NCBI GenBank assembly: GCA_017475605.1
Contig: JAFVFD010000005.1
Coordinates: forward strand, 217,758 to 281,757
Reading direction: 5' to 3'
DNA length: 64,000 nucleotides
Source: Alphaproteobacteria bacterium
GTDB taxonomy: Bacteria; Pseudomonadota; Alphaproteobacteria; Rs-D84
The notes below the pieces were generated by a model that was not told where the DNA came from, did no database searches, and was given only the letters and a program-made list of their open reading frames with translations. Positions 17,225-28,183 of this stretch are shown here, piece by piece. Made by a program: the position numbers and the translations under genes. Numbering within the stretch: the stretch's first letter is position 1; the number at the start of each line of letters is the position of its first letter.

Positions 17225-19456
17225 TTAATAAATCTCGCGCTTGTTATGGGAATCGGCGGCACTTATAATTCCGTCCTGTTCCATGCGTTCGATTAAGCCC
17301 GCGGCCTTGTTATACCCAATCCCCAGGCGACGTTGTAAATACGATGTTGTTGCCTTTTTATCACGACGCACGATTTCAATTGCCTGGGCATATAAATCAT
17401 CGCCCTTGCCCCCGGCGGATGCGCCGGCCGGCATACCGGGCGCGCCACCCATATCATCGCCAGATTCCACAACACCCGCATCGTATTCCGGTTCGCCCTG
17501 GGACCGCAGGAAATCACCAATTCTTTGTAATTCGTCATTATCAATCAATGCGGCATGTATACGCACCGCCGGTTTACCACCCTCACTGAACAACATATCG
17601 CCGCGGCCCAATAACTGTTCCGCACCGGTTGTTCCCAATGTGGTCATAGAATCGATACGGCTACTTGCCTGGAACGAAAGACGGGTCGGGAAATTAGCCT
17701 TGATAACACCGGTAATGGTTGTCGCGTCTGGTCGCTGGGTCGCCATAACAAGATGGATACCCGCCGCACGCGCCTTTTGTGCGATACGCTGGACGCACAT
17801 TTCAACCTCTTTGCGCGCAACAGACATCAAGTCAGCAACCTCGTCAATAATAATAACGATGTACGGCATATCGGACAAATCTACTTCCTGGGTTTCGAAT
17901 AATAATTCGCCCGTTTCTTCATCTTTACCGATTGGAACCTGGCGCGTTACTTTTTCGCCCGCTTCGCGTTTCTTGGCGGCGGCATTATTATATTGTTCAA
18001 TGTTCTGGGCATTTAAAACCTGTAATTGTTTATAGCGGTCGTCCATTTCGCGCACCGCCCATTTAAGTGCATTAACCGCCGGCACAGGATCCAATTTCAC
18101 AATAGGTGTAATAAGGTGCGGTATATCGTCCCAGAACCCAAAGTCAACACCCTTTGGGTCAATAATAATCAATTTACATTTATCTGGTGTAAAGTGATAT
18201 ACGATTGATGTAATAATAGATTGCACGAACACAGATTTACCAGAACCGGTACGCCCAGCAACCAACATATGTGGCATTTTTGCCAAATCAAAATACATTG
18301 GTTCGCCACCAATATTTACACCCAATCCCAACGGTATTTTATATTTAGAATTAACAAAGATATCATTTTCCATCAAATCGCGATACCGCACAACATGCGG
18401 GTCGACATTCGCAACCTCGACCCCGATATAGTTTGAACAAGGCAATGGCGCAATACGAATACTTGCGGTCGCCATCGCACGTGTCATATCCTTGACCGTA
18501 TCGGAAATCTTGGATATACGCATACCGGCATCTGGCAAAAATTCATATAATGTAACAATTGGGCCGGGCTTGATATTTTCAACCTTGCCATAGACACCAT
18601 ATTCCGCAAAGTGTGTTTCAAGCATAGCCGCCTGACGTTTCAATTCTGGGGTAACGACATTTTTACCAAACTTGGATACTTCTAGTAACATCGGGTCTGG
18701 CAATTCATATTCACCGGCATCGCGTTTAACCGGGGTACGTTTTTTCGCCGCACGCACTTTGCGCTTTGGTGTTTCTTCTTCTTCTTCGGCTTCCTCTTCT
18801 TCTTCCTCGTCTTCTTCTTCATCGTCTTCTTCGTCGTCATCTTCCGTATATTCGGCCGGCGGTATCAAATGGAACAAAGACAACACCCAACGAATCGCGC
18901 GCCAAGTTGCCATCAACAAAGATTGTATGTGTGCAAACTTAATATGTAATAACACCGCCCCCATATATATGAACAGCCCCAGCATCAGCATACCGACCAA
19001 CACCGTCCACCCACCAACAAGCGCGCTTAAATCAGATGCAACCAACGCACCCACCAGGCCACCAAATGCCGCGCCCGGTGCAATCATGCCAAACGCCATC
19101 GCCCCAACACAAATCGCGATAAATCCCCGCAGGATATTATATTCGGGCGCATATTCCGGCACCCAATTCATTGCCCACGAAATACCACACCGCATCAAAC
19201 ACAAAATCAAAAACAATGTCGGCATAAAACCAATCATATAGCGCACAAACCCAACAACATTACCAATAAAAGATTGATTACCAAATGTAGATGCGCACGC
19301 AAAACCATCCAAATAGGAATTATGGAACAGCAGCCCCCCCAGCATCAAAACCCCCGCGCACAATACCACCGCACCAAACACGCGTTTTAAAAAAGTGCGA
19401 ATTGCCCCGGAAACACTTTCTGGCAAAAATTTGGATTGTTGTTTCATAGCATGCAT
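17225..19456 (-). CDS. ftsK: DNA translocase FtsK
   Basis: N-terminal TM segments, poly-Glu/Asp linker, and a C-terminal AAA/RecA-like motor (GRTGSGKS Walker A) with a gamma domain. Confidence 0.9.
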   Translation of the reverse strand: MHAMKQQSKFLPESVSGAIRTFLKRVFGAVVLCAGVLMLGGLLFHNSYLDGFACASTFGNQSFIGNVVGFVRYMIGFMPTLFLILCLMRCGISWAMNWVPEYAPEYNILRGFIAICVGAMAFGMIAPGAAFGGLVGALVASDLSALVGGWTVLVGMLMLGLFIYMGAVLLHIKFAHIQSLLMATWRAIRWVLSLFHLIPPAEYTEDDDEEDDEEEDEEEEEEAEEEEETPKRKVRAAKKRTPVKRDAGEYELPDPMLLEVSKFGKNVVTPELKRQAAMLETHFAEYGVYGKVENIKPGPIVTLYEFLPDAGMRISKISDTVKDMTRAMATASIRIAPLPCSNYIGVEVANVDPHVVRYRDLMENDIFVNSKYKIPLGLGVNIGGEPMYFDLAKMPHMLVAGRTGSGKSVFVQSIITSIVYHFTPDKCKLIIIDPKGVDFGFWDDIPHLITPIVKLDPVPAVNALKWAVREMDDRYKQLQVLNAQNIEQYNNAAAKKREAGEKVTRQVPIGKDEETGELLFETQEVDLSDMPYIVIIIDEVADLMSVARKEVEMCVQRIAQKARAAGIHLVMATQRPDATTITGVIKANFPTRLSFQASSRIDSMTTLGTTGAEQLLGRGDMLFSEGGKPAVRIHAALIDNDELQRIGDFLRSQGEPEYDAGVVESGDDMGGAPGMPAGASAGGKGDDLYAQAIEIVRRDKKATTSYLQRRLGIGYNKAAGLIERMEQDGIISAADSHNKREIY

Positions 19457-19495
19457 TTTATCATAAAAAACGCAAAAGTGTTAGTCCGATTTGAA

Positions 19496-19524
19496 AAAAA
19501 TAAAACCGCCATATTGGCGGTAAT
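19496..19524 (-). terminator. Intrinsic terminator
   Basis: accgccaatatggcggt stem followed by a T-run on the minus strand, downstream of the PAP2 gene. Confidence 0.5.
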
Positions 19525-19525
19525 A

Positions 19526-20212
19526 TTATTTGCGTCTAAACGCGAAATATTTAACCAGGTCGGCGGCAACCATACCAATAAACGCCCCCAATATTACATC
19601 GGTTGGCCAATGTGCCCCCGCCGCCACACGCGACAGACCAACCAATATTGCCAACGTCCATGTTATTGGCTTGATTTTTGGTGATAACATCCCGGCCATA
19701 ACCAACCCTGCGAATGTCGCGGCGGTGTGTCCCGACGGCATTGAATTAAACGCCCATTCGAACGAGCCTGGACGAAAACCAGTTATACCCAATGCTTCAA
19801 AAAATATCGGACGAAAACGACCAACGCATACCTTGATAATTTTAGCGACAATACCCGCCGATAACACAGACGAAAAAATCAAAAAAGCATAATTGGTGCG
19901 CACCTTGGACATAAAGTCGCGAAAAAGCGCAACAATGCTGAACTTGCTTTTTACATTTTTATATTTAACACCTGATTCAAGTGATTTTTTTATATAAACC
20001 ACCAACAACAAAACGGCGGTTAAAATCAGCCATACTTTCACATCAAATATATATCCAAATATTGTCCAGGCATTACAATCAATTTTGCGCAACAAAACAA
20101 ACAGCGGTTTATCAAACCACAACATTCCACACGCAATCAATGCCGCCGTTACAAGCGCACCCCATGCCAACCATTTTGTTTTTAATTTATTATCAGGTGT
20201 TAAAAACATCAC
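19526..20212 (-). CDS. PAP2-superfamily membrane phosphatase (PgpB/LpxE-like)
   Basis: PAP2 motifs KVCVGRFRP (KX6RP), PSGH, and SRVAAGAHWPTDV (SRX5HX3D), plus multiple TM helices. Confidence 0.75.
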   Translation of the reverse strand: MMFLTPDNKLKTKWLAWGALVTAALIACGMLWFDKPLFVLLRKIDCNAWTIFGYIFDVKVWLILTAVLLLVVYIKKSLESGVKYKNVKSKFSIVALFRDFMSKVRTNYAFLIFSSVLSAGIVAKIIKVCVGRFRPIFFEALGITGFRPGSFEWAFNSMPSGHTAATFAGLVMAGMLSPKIKPITWTLAILVGLSRVAAGAHWPTDVILGAFIGMVAADLVKYFAFRRK

Positions 20213-20221
20213 TTTATCCTT

Positions 20222-21760
20222 TTATTCCGCAATAAGACGATTATAAACTTTTTTATCGGTCAAAATCTTGACAGCAACCGCCGATGCGACCGAATCTTCG
20301 TCGGCACCACTGGTAATAACCGGGCAACCCTTGCGAACATCTGCAACATTCACATTCGGCATTTTATTAAAGTCTGTCGCATTAAAATAATTGTTTATTA
20401 CATTAAGGAAAAACGCATTTTGTTGTTGGCTGGTGCGAATATTTGATAGACATACAATTGGGAAAACACCACGACCATCAATATCGCGCCCCGACCCCGT
20501 TTTCAAAGATTTATTCATCAATTCCAACGCACCGCCATTTTCCAAATCAATGCGCGTTGCAATTCGTGCCAAACCCGCCGTTGGTGTTCCAACCAATACA
20601 CCGCGTCCATTTTCATAAAATGCGGCCGCCAAGGCTTCGGCTGTGCCGCGGGTCATATCGGACATTAACACAACAACCGGCACCCCCGTTACCGCGGACG
20701 ACCCGGGGACAACTTCAACCTCTTCTGTGGCGGTTTGTGCGATACGCATAACCGGGTTTTGCCCGATAAAAAGTCCCGCCAATTTTGCCGCCGCGCGTTC
20801 ATCATCACCGGTTGCGGCACGCAAATCAAGAATAATTCCACCAATATCATCATAGCGCGCTAGCGCCTCGTTCACGATGCCGACCGCACCATCTGATATA
20901 TTATGTACGACAATTTCTAATATACCGCCGGATTCATCATCGCCTGCACGATGAACAACATCTGCATCGGCCAAAACAATTGTCGCCCGACGCAAAACAA
21001 CATCACGATTGCCCGATGGTGTTATTAAACGAACCTTGGATGTGCCGGAATTATAACCACTCATAAATGCTTCGATTTCATCATCGGACATATCAGCAAC
21101 CGGTGTACCGTTTATTTCGGCAATTATATCACCACTGTGTACCCCCGCGGCATCGGCCGGCGACCCCTTGAACACACCATGAATACGCAGGTTTCCGCGT
21201 TCGTCCCGCACACCGTTTATACCAACACTGGTAAGGATACGACCATCTTCGCTTATTTCCGCACGTTTAGAAAAGATATAGCGGCCCCGTTCATCAATGC
21301 CACGCATTAATGCATCTACAACCATTTGGTATGTTTCGCTTTCGCTTGCGCTGTGCAAATATGGATCGTTTGCGCGTAATTTTAACACCAATGCGGTTGT
21401 AATTTCACCAAAGCCATTCCAGTCATGTGCGCTGGGGCGCGGATAATTTGCGATAATAGAATCGCGCCAAACCAACACGACGCGTTCATCGGTTGCGGCA
21501 ATATGTGCATCTTTATTTAATTTTTCCAAACTTTCAATTGCGACATTTATGCTTTTTCCACCCCATTTCACAGAATCAAGTTTTTCGTAAATGTCTGCAA
21601 AAGTATTCGACATATCGAAAACATGCATACCGTCCTGGACCGGTTCATCGGGGAAAAACAAGCCTTCGCAAAAAGCAGGGACCGACAATGACACGCACGA
21701 GCAAACCACCAAAGCCCCAAACAATCTTTGCACTTTGAACTTTGCACTTTGAACTTTCAT
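20222..21760 (-). CDS. ctpA: Carboxy-terminal processing protease (S41)
   Basis: PDZ domain (GDIIAEINGTPV) and S41 peptidase core (ILDLRAATGD, tail-specific protease family). Confidence 0.85.
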   Translation of the reverse strand: MKVQSAKFKVQRLFGALVVCSCVSLSVPAFCEGLFFPDEPVQDGMHVFDMSNTFADIYEKLDSVKWGGKSINVAIESLEKLNKDAHIAATDERVVLVWRDSIIANYPRPSAHDWNGFGEITTALVLKLRANDPYLHSASESETYQMVVDALMRGIDERGRYIFSKRAEISEDGRILTSVGINGVRDERGNLRIHGVFKGSPADAAGVHSGDIIAEINGTPVADMSDDEIEAFMSGYNSGTSKVRLITPSGNRDVVLRRATIVLADADVVHRAGDDESGGILEIVVHNISDGAVGIVNEALARYDDIGGIILDLRAATGDDERAAAKLAGLFIGQNPVMRIAQTATEEVEVVPGSSAVTGVPVVVLMSDMTRGTAEALAAAFYENGRGVLVGTPTAGLARIATRIDLENGGALELMNKSLKTGSGRDIDGRGVFPIVCLSNIRTSQQQNAFFLNVINNYFNATDFNKMPNVNVADVRKGCPVITSGADEDSVASAVAVKILTDKKVYNRLIAE

Positions 21761-21790
21761 TGTCGCCCCCCTGTCCTTTTTGCTTTTATA

Positions 21791-22654
21791 TTAATACTTT
21801 GTTTCACGCAAATTAAAGTGATACAAAATAACATTAGAAATATAAATACTGGTCAATGTCCCCATCACAATTGAAAAGGTCATCGCGATAGAGAATTCAC
21901 GCAGCATCTGATTTCCAAAGATATAAATACCTATTAAACCCAAAATTGTCGAAATACTGGTCATCAATGTACGACTTAACATTTCGTTCACCGACAAATC
22001 AATCAAATCATTCATAGGCATTTTGTGGTATTTTTTGATATTTTCATCAATACGATCGTAATTCACAACCTTATCATTAATAGAATATCCAATACCCATC
22101 AAAATAACCGCAATTGCTGTCTGGTTGAATTCCAGCCCGGCAATAGAAAAGAAGCCGAACATCAACACAAAGTCCAACAACAACGATACAAATGAACCCA
22201 CCGCATAACCACCGCGATAGCGAATCCAGATATACACACTCATCAAAATGAACGAAACCAAAATCGCCCAAATACCACCGCGGACCAATTCACCACCAAT
22301 TTTTGGACCGACTATCTGGACCTGGGAATAGGTAACATTTTCGCCCAAAATATCCTTGATTTCGCGGACGCGTTCATTTTGCATTGTGTCCGTCGCCCCC
22401 TTGGGTAACCCAACACGCACCAAAACGGACCCGCCATCAACGGCCTGTAATTCAGGACTAAATGCCGCCAATTCGGTACGCATTTTATCAACAGTATATT
22501 CGGCAGATACTGGTGTAACCTCCATCGAAATACCACCAGCAAAATCAATGCCATAATTTAATCCCTTGAAATAAAGTGCCAAAATTGACAACACAACCAA
22601 TATACCGGAAACCCAGTATGACAATTTACGATATTTCATAAAATGCAGTTTCAT
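21791..22654 (-). CDS. secF: Protein translocase subunit SecF
   Basis: SecF architecture with six TM helices, in a secD-secF-yajC operon context. Confidence 0.9.
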   Translation of the reverse strand: MKLHFMKYRKLSYWVSGILVVLSILALYFKGLNYGIDFAGGISMEVTPVSAEYTVDKMRTELAAFSPELQAVDGGSVLVRVGLPKGATDTMQNERVREIKDILGENVTYSQVQIVGPKIGGELVRGGIWAILVSFILMSVYIWIRYRGGYAVGSFVSLLLDFVLMFGFFSIAGLEFNQTAIAVILMGIGYSINDKVVNYDRIDENIKKYHKMPMNDLIDLSVNEMLSRTLMTSISTILGLIGIYIFGNQMLREFSIAMTFSIVMGTLTSIYISNVILYHFNLRETKY

Positions 22655-22674
22655 TATTTTCCCCTTTGCATTTC

Positions 22675-24243
22675 TTATTTTGTTTTAACATAACCAACTT
22701 TTTTGTTTTTGCCGCCCATATACCAATCAATAATAACCTTGGACAGCAACATACACGTAAACAGTGTTGTCAAAACACCGATAGACAGTGTAACCGCGAA
22801 CCCACGAATTGGACCCGCACCGAATTGGAACAGAATTAACGCACAAATAAGGTTTGTTAATTCACCGTCCAACACAGCCTTGTTAGAACGATGGAACCCA
22901 ACATCAACCGCGCGCAAGGTCGGAACACCCGCACGTATTTCATCGCGGATGCGTTCAAACGGCAAAATGTTTGCGTCCACCGCCATCCCCAGTGTCAACA
23001 CGATACCGGCGATACCTGGCAATGTCATTGTTGCCCCGAACAATGCCGACATACCAACAATCATGGCCAAATTCACGACCAAAACCACATCGGCAATAAC
23101 ACCAAAACTGCGATAAACCATCAACATAAATAACATAATGAACAACAAACCAACAACGGCCCCCGTTGTTCCAGATGCAATTGTATCCGCACCCAAACCG
23201 GCACCAACCGTACGTTCTTCAATAACGGTTAACGGCGCAGGCAACGCCCCCGACCGCAACAGCACCGCCAAGTCTTTTGCCCCCTGTAAAGTGAAGCCAC
23301 CTGAAATCTGACCACGACCACCAGGTATCGGTTCACGAATATTTGGTGCAGACAAAACTTTGCCGTCCAAAACAATTGCGAAACGTTCGTTAACATGTTC
23401 TGTTGTTAATTTCGCAAATTTACGTGCACCCGTCGCATCAAACACAGTTGTTACAACCGGCATATTATTTTGGTCAAAGTCTGCCTGGGAATCTTTAAGA
23501 CTTTCGCCAGATACTTCTATACGTGAATAAACCGGCACAATTTGATCCGGCATATCCATATATGGTAAAAAGTCCGTTCCACTTGGCGCACGACCAGATG
23601 CAATTTGTTCCGGCGACACATTTTCATTTACCAAATGGAAAGTCATTTTAGCGGTTTGACCAATCAAGTCCTTGATATGTTCCGGATTATCAACCCCCGG
23701 CAATTGTACCAAGATGTATTTACCACCCTGGGATTGAATTGAAGGTTCCTTGGTCCCCAGCGCATCAATACGGCGACGAACAATTTCGATACTGCGCGCC
23801 AGCGCATCCTGGACCATTTCTTCTTTCTGTTTATCAGAATAAGATAATTTAATCGTATCACCGCTTGATTCCATATCAACGGTATTTCCAAGAACACTTT
23901 TCAAACGTCCCTTGGCCGCGGAAACATCGTCCGATTCACGAACCTTAAACGAAACAACACCGTTGTTATTACGCAAATCAGAAAAACGAATAACACCCTT
24001 GTTTCTGTCAATCAATGCCGAACGGACATCATCGTATAACTGATTTGCCTTGTCATGAAACATTGTGTCGGTATCAACTTCTAATAAAAGTTGCGCACCA
24101 CCCTTCAGGTCCAAACCCAACGGCACAGGTTTAATCCACTTTGGGAAATAAGACGATGCCCCAGGCACAAACGTCGGCACAGCCAACAAAACCCCAAACA
24201 CCGCAACAAAGATTATTGCCAACTTCTTTAACATACGATACAC
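22675..24243 (-). CDS. secD: Protein translocase subunit SecD
   Basis: Large periplasmic loop plus C-terminal six-TM RND-like module. Immediately upstream of secF. Confidence 0.9.
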   Translation of the reverse strand: MYRMLKKLAIIFVAVFGVLLAVPTFVPGASSYFPKWIKPVPLGLDLKGGAQLLLEVDTDTMFHDKANQLYDDVRSALIDRNKGVIRFSDLRNNNGVVSFKVRESDDVSAAKGRLKSVLGNTVDMESSGDTIKLSYSDKQKEEMVQDALARSIEIVRRRIDALGTKEPSIQSQGGKYILVQLPGVDNPEHIKDLIGQTAKMTFHLVNENVSPEQIASGRAPSGTDFLPYMDMPDQIVPVYSRIEVSGESLKDSQADFDQNNMPVVTTVFDATGARKFAKLTTEHVNERFAIVLDGKVLSAPNIREPIPGGRGQISGGFTLQGAKDLAVLLRSGALPAPLTVIEERTVGAGLGADTIASGTTGAVVGLLFIMLFMLMVYRSFGVIADVVLVVNLAMIVGMSALFGATMTLPGIAGIVLTLGMAVDANILPFERIRDEIRAGVPTLRAVDVGFHRSNKAVLDGELTNLICALILFQFGAGPIRGFAVTLSIGVLTTLFTCMLLSKVIIDWYMGGKNKKVGYVKTK

Positions 24244-24246
24244 CCC

Positions 24247-24555
24247 TTACTTTTCAACATTTGCAACTGCGTTTTTATTAACTTCCACGACAACACCCTT
24301 GGCAATTTCAACATCTATTGTTGTGGTGCCAACCTTCTTTATCGTGCCATAGATTCCCGCCGCCAACACGCGATTACCAACCGCCAACGAATCCAGCATT
24401 TTTTGATATTCTGCCATGCGTTTCTTGTTCGGGCGCACAATCAGCAAATAAATTATACCGAATATAACGATTAAATAAAGCACCATTCCCCAAACATTAC
24501 CTGTTTGTGCCGCATTATTTACGGTATCAATGGTTGCCTGTTCTGTTTCCAGCAT
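24247..24555 (-). CDS. yajC: Preprotein translocase subunit YajC
   Basis: 102 aa, single TM, conserved YajC core (VGNRVLAAGIYGTIKKV...). Confidence 0.85.
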   Translation of the reverse strand: MLETEQATIDTVNNAAQTGNVWGMVLYLIVIFGIIYLLIVRPNKKRMAEYQKMLDSLAVGNRVLAAGIYGTIKKVGTTTIDVEIAKGVVVEVNKNAVANVEK

Positions 24556-24607
24556 TATTTTTCTCCTTGTTCTTTATTATTTATGGTGTTCAGAATAGTA
24601 AAAAATC

Positions 24608-24632
24608 CCCCAGGTGTAAAGCACAAAAAGCA
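24608..24632 (-). promoter_or_regulatory. Tandem TTGTGCTTT motif upstream of yajC-secDF
   Basis: Minus strand reads TTGTGCTTTTTGTGCTTTACA about 57-75 nt upstream of the yajC start. Shared with the OMP upstream region at 17160. Confidence 0.3.
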
Positions 24633-24650
24633 CAACCACCCCACCCCATT

Positions 24651-26387
24651 TTATGACCGTTCAAACCACCCATCTATTTCAGTCAGCGGTATAAACTTAT
24701 ATACCGGCCGACCATGGTTACATTCGCCACCGCGTGTTGTGTTTTCAATATCACGCAACAACGCATCCATTTGCGCCATATCCAGTTTTTGCCCCGCACG
24801 CACACTGTGATGACACGCATAATTGGCTAATTTCAAATGTAATTTTTCATTTAATTCGGACGAATGGCCGTTGGCGCGCACCTCGTCTGCGATATCGTGC
24901 AACACAGATGCCCAGTCCATATCCCAATCTGCTGGTTTTTCAAAAATAGCAATCGCATCTTCGCCAAATTCGCCAATATTCAACCCTGAATTATGCAATT
25001 CATCCGCGATTGATATTATTGCCATAACATCTTCGGCGCGCATATTCACAACAATCGGGGTAAGCAATGGTTGGGTTTTTATCGTATGTCGCCGCAACTT
25101 TTCATATGTAATGCGTTCATGGGCGGCATGCTGGTCAATTATAACCAATTGTTCACCGGCCTGTGCTAATATGTATTTTTTTCCAATTTGCCCAATCACG
25201 CGCCCCAATGGCAAATCAATATTTGTGTCCGCATCCGACTTCAAATCAACTTCAAATGGTTTGTTGGGTTTTGACGGTATCGAATTGAATATATTATCAA
25301 AATTTGTCTTTTTATCGGCGACATGCCATGCCCCAGTTGGTGGTATATTAAAGTGTATTGGGGTCGCGCTATGTACATCGTTTGGTGGGGTTGCGACATT
25401 TTGAACAGTATTTTCGTTCATTGTTTTAGCCAGCACATCACGCAACGATTTTATGATAAAGCTACGGACATGGTTCGGTTCAAGAAAGTGCACCTCGGTC
25501 TTGGCGGGCGACACATTAACATCGACCGCACGCGAATCAATATCCAAATACAGCGCACACAGCGGAAATTCGCGCGCATGCATAACATCCATATATGCCG
25601 CACGCAACGCAGAAACCAAAACCTTGTCTTTGACGGGGCGATTGTTCACAAATAAATATTGATCCACCGATGATGCACGACGTAACGTTGGTACGGATAT
25701 TAACCCACGCAGGCGCATATTTGACGATGCCGACGCCACATCAACGGGCAGCATATTTCCCACAACATCATCACCCATAACGGTTGCGACCCGTTGTTCA
25801 ATATCCTGATTTTTTGGAAAACGCCATTTATTATTTAATGTAAACCCAACATCACCGCGCGCCATCGCCAGTTGTTTAACGGTATCCAGTACAGACATCA
25901 TTTCGGCGCGATCAGATCGCAAAAACTTTAACCGCGCGGGTGTCTTGCGAAAAAGATTTTCAACCCTTATACGTGTCCCGGCCGCCCACGCAGACGGACG
26001 AATTTCACCGCTTTCGCAATTAAGGCACCAACCATTTTCATCCGCGCCATTATATGTATCAATTGTCATATCGGACACAGATGCGATTGACGGTAATGCT
26101 TCGCCGCGAAAACCCATATATGTAATATTTTGTAAGTCATCATCGGGCAATTTAGATGTCGCATGCCGCATAATTGCGCGTGATAAATCGTCGCGCGACA
26201 TACCCGAACCATTATCAATTACGGAAATCAATGTGCGCCCGCCGTCCACAACATCAATAACTATTTCATCGGCCCCCGCATCCAGCGCATTTTCCACCAA
26301 TTCCTTGACCACAGATGCCGGACGTTCAACAACCTCGCCGGCGGCAATCTGATTTACCAGGAAATCGGGCAAAACGCGTACTGGCAT
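24651..26387 (-). CDS. mutL: DNA mismatch repair protein MutL
   Basis: GHKL ATPase motifs (AAGEVVERPASVVKELVENALDAGA, DNGSGM), a dimerisation C-terminal domain, and a C-terminal ...CNHGRP motif. Confidence 0.9.
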   Translation of the reverse strand: MPVRVLPDFLVNQIAAGEVVERPASVVKELVENALDAGADEIVIDVVDGGRTLISVIDNGSGMSRDDLSRAIMRHATSKLPDDDLQNITYMGFRGEALPSIASVSDMTIDTYNGADENGWCLNCESGEIRPSAWAAGTRIRVENLFRKTPARLKFLRSDRAEMMSVLDTVKQLAMARGDVGFTLNNKWRFPKNQDIEQRVATVMGDDVVGNMLPVDVASASSNMRLRGLISVPTLRRASSVDQYLFVNNRPVKDKVLVSALRAAYMDVMHAREFPLCALYLDIDSRAVDVNVSPAKTEVHFLEPNHVRSFIIKSLRDVLAKTMNENTVQNVATPPNDVHSATPIHFNIPPTGAWHVADKKTNFDNIFNSIPSKPNKPFEVDLKSDADTNIDLPLGRVIGQIGKKYILAQAGEQLVIIDQHAAHERITYEKLRRHTIKTQPLLTPIVVNMRAEDVMAIISIADELHNSGLNIGEFGEDAIAIFEKPADWDMDWASVLHDIADEVRANGHSSELNEKLHLKLANYACHHSVRAGQKLDMAQMDALLRDIENTTRGGECNHGRPVYKFIPLTEIDGWFERS

Positions 26388-26393
26388 TTATAT

Positions 26394-26864
26394 TTATTCC
26401 TTGAATTTAACTTCTAAAATCTCGTATTCCTTTTCACCACTGGGCAATTTCACGATACATGTATCACCGACACACCGACCAATCATCGCGCGCCCAACCG
26501 GCGAATTACATGATATAACGGTTTTACCATCCGCTTCTATATCGGATAAAATACGGCACTGCATTTGGTTACCATCATCATCTTCGGCAATGACACGCGC
26601 ACCAAACACAACCCGATTACCCGTAAGGCTTTCTACATCAACGACATTAGCATTGGCAATAACCCCTTCGATAAACTGAATACGTTTATCAATCTGGCGC
26701 TGTTTTTCCTTGGCCGCACTGTAATCAGCATTTTCCGACAAATCGCCCAGGCTGCGCGCCCATTGGACTGTTTTTAATATATCAGGACGCTGAACTTCCT
26801 TCAGGTCCTTTAATTCTTTGACCAATTCGTCAAAACCATTTCTTGATATTGGGTACTTTTCCAT
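26394..26864 (-). CDS. greA: Transcription elongation factor GreA
   Basis: 156 aa, coiled-coil N-terminal domain plus FKBP-like C-terminal domain. Confidence 0.9.
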   Translation of the reverse strand: MEKYPISRNGFDELVKELKDLKEVQRPDILKTVQWARSLGDLSENADYSAAKEKQRQIDKRIQFIEGVIANANVVDVESLTGNRVVFGARVIAEDDDGNQMQCRILSDIEADGKTVISCNSPVGRAMIGRCVGDTCIVKLPSGEKEYEILEVKFKE

Positions 26865-26975
26865 GCTTCTTTCCTATATATTTGTCCCCGCATTATAGGA
26901 CAACATTTTAATTTTGCAATTAACAAATGTTCAGGTTATAATTCAATATCAATACATATATATAATATACGCGTT

Positions 26976-28034
26976 ATGTCAAGATACAGAATTTTAAACA
27001 GATTTTTAATGCGCCGATTTTTTTCCGGGGTTGGCCTGGTATTGTTGGTGGTATGCGGAATTATATTGGCGGTAACATTTGTTGAACGTTTGCCGTCAAA
27101 CCCCAATGCCGTCGCCGCAATAATGGACGCATGGTCGCGTTTAATGGAATATATCCCGTTGTTTTTACCAATGGCGATATTTATGGGAACACTGTTTGCG
27201 TCCTATAACCTTACTAAATCCAGTGAAAACATCATTATTGCCGGGGCGGGCCTGTCGCCATATCAGATGGCACGACCATTTTTAGTTGGTGCGGCACTGA
27301 TTGGCATATTCGCGACAACCGTTATTAACCCCTATTCCGTACATTTAAGTACACGCGAAATCACAACGGACCATTTGAAATTGGTTGATAATGCGGTTTG
27401 GTTACGCGAAGCGGGCGAAAACGGCTTTATAACACTGCGTGCGGAATCAATCGGGCGCGATGGGGAAAATCTGGTATTCAATAATGCGACCGCATTTGTT
27501 CAGGGGTCCGACTTTAAATTAACCGAACGCGTAATGGCGGACCATATAACATTGTCCGACAATGGTATGGATGCGGAATCTGCGCACACATGGAACGGTG
27601 TTGGGGGCGACAAACAAACATCATGGCATGCCGACACCCAATTAACACCGCGTACCGTTCTGGACAGATATTTACAACCCGACCAGATTTCATTTTGGCA
27701 ATTACCGTCCTTTATCAAGAAAATGGAAAATGTCGGTATACCTGTTCGTTCCCATTGGGTTCAGTTTTGGACATTATTATTCCTGCCGCTTTCTATGATT
27801 GCGATGGCGACATTGGGTATTGCGTTTTCCCAAACCCGTCAACGTCGTAACTACAGTTTTGGTTTTAAGTTTAGTATTGGTATTGCAACATGTTTCGCAT
27901 CGTACTTTACAATAAATATGTTTAATGCGCTGGGGGCGACGGGGGTATTACCACCAATATTGGCGATTATTGCGCCACCCCTTATTATTATTGCGGGCGC
28001 GGGTGTATTTATTGCCAGTTTTGATACAATTTAA
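26976..28034 (+). CDS. LptF/LptG family LPS export permease (YjgP/YjgQ)
   Basis: 352 aa with six TM helices and a periplasmic beta-jellyroll insert between TM3 and TM4. Confidence 0.7.
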   Translation: MSRYRILNRFLMRRFFSGVGLVLLVVCGIILAVTFVERLPSNPNAVAAIMDAWSRLMEYIPLFLPMAIFMGTLFASYNLTKSSENIIIAGAGLSPYQMARPFLVGAALIGIFATTVINPYSVHLSTREITTDHLKLVDNAVWLREAGENGFITLRAESIGRDGENLVFNNATAFVQGSDFKLTERVMADHITLSDNGMDAESAHTWNGVGGDKQTSWHADTQLTPRTVLDRYLQPDQISFWQLPSFIKKMENVGIPVRSHWVQFWTLLFLPLSMIAMATLGIAFSQTRQRRNYSFGFKFSIGIATCFASYFTINMFNALGATGVLPPILAIIAPPLIIIAGAGVFIASFDTI

Positions 28035-28051
28035 TCTATATGGGGGTTGCT

Positions 28052-28183
28052 ATGCCGTTGCGGAAAAAGAAAAAGTTTAACATTTATAAAATCGCCATTA
28101 TCGTGATTGCCATTGTTATACTGGCGTTGATGATTATTTCGTTTCCGGCCCCACAAAATATGACCGAAGTGGTTTTGTCGTAA
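28052..28183 (+). CDS. Small membrane protein (43 aa) translationally coupled to the recombinase
   Basis: MPLRKKKKFNIYKIAIIVIAIVILALMIISFP...: Lys-rich N-terminus plus one TM. Its TAA overlaps the recombinase ATG (TAATG). Confidence 0.3.
   Translation: MPLRKKKKFNIYKIAIIVIAIVILALMIISFPAPQNMTEVVLS

Noticed and set aside
17241-18035. 264-aa + strand ORF
   Set aside because: It is entirely antisense to the conserved ftsK motor domain and has no motif.
18760-18845. Possible repeat array / CRISPR-like periodicity
   Set aside because: It is a trinucleotide coding repeat (poly-Glu/Asp) inside ftsK. There are no spacers and no cas genes anywhere in the window.
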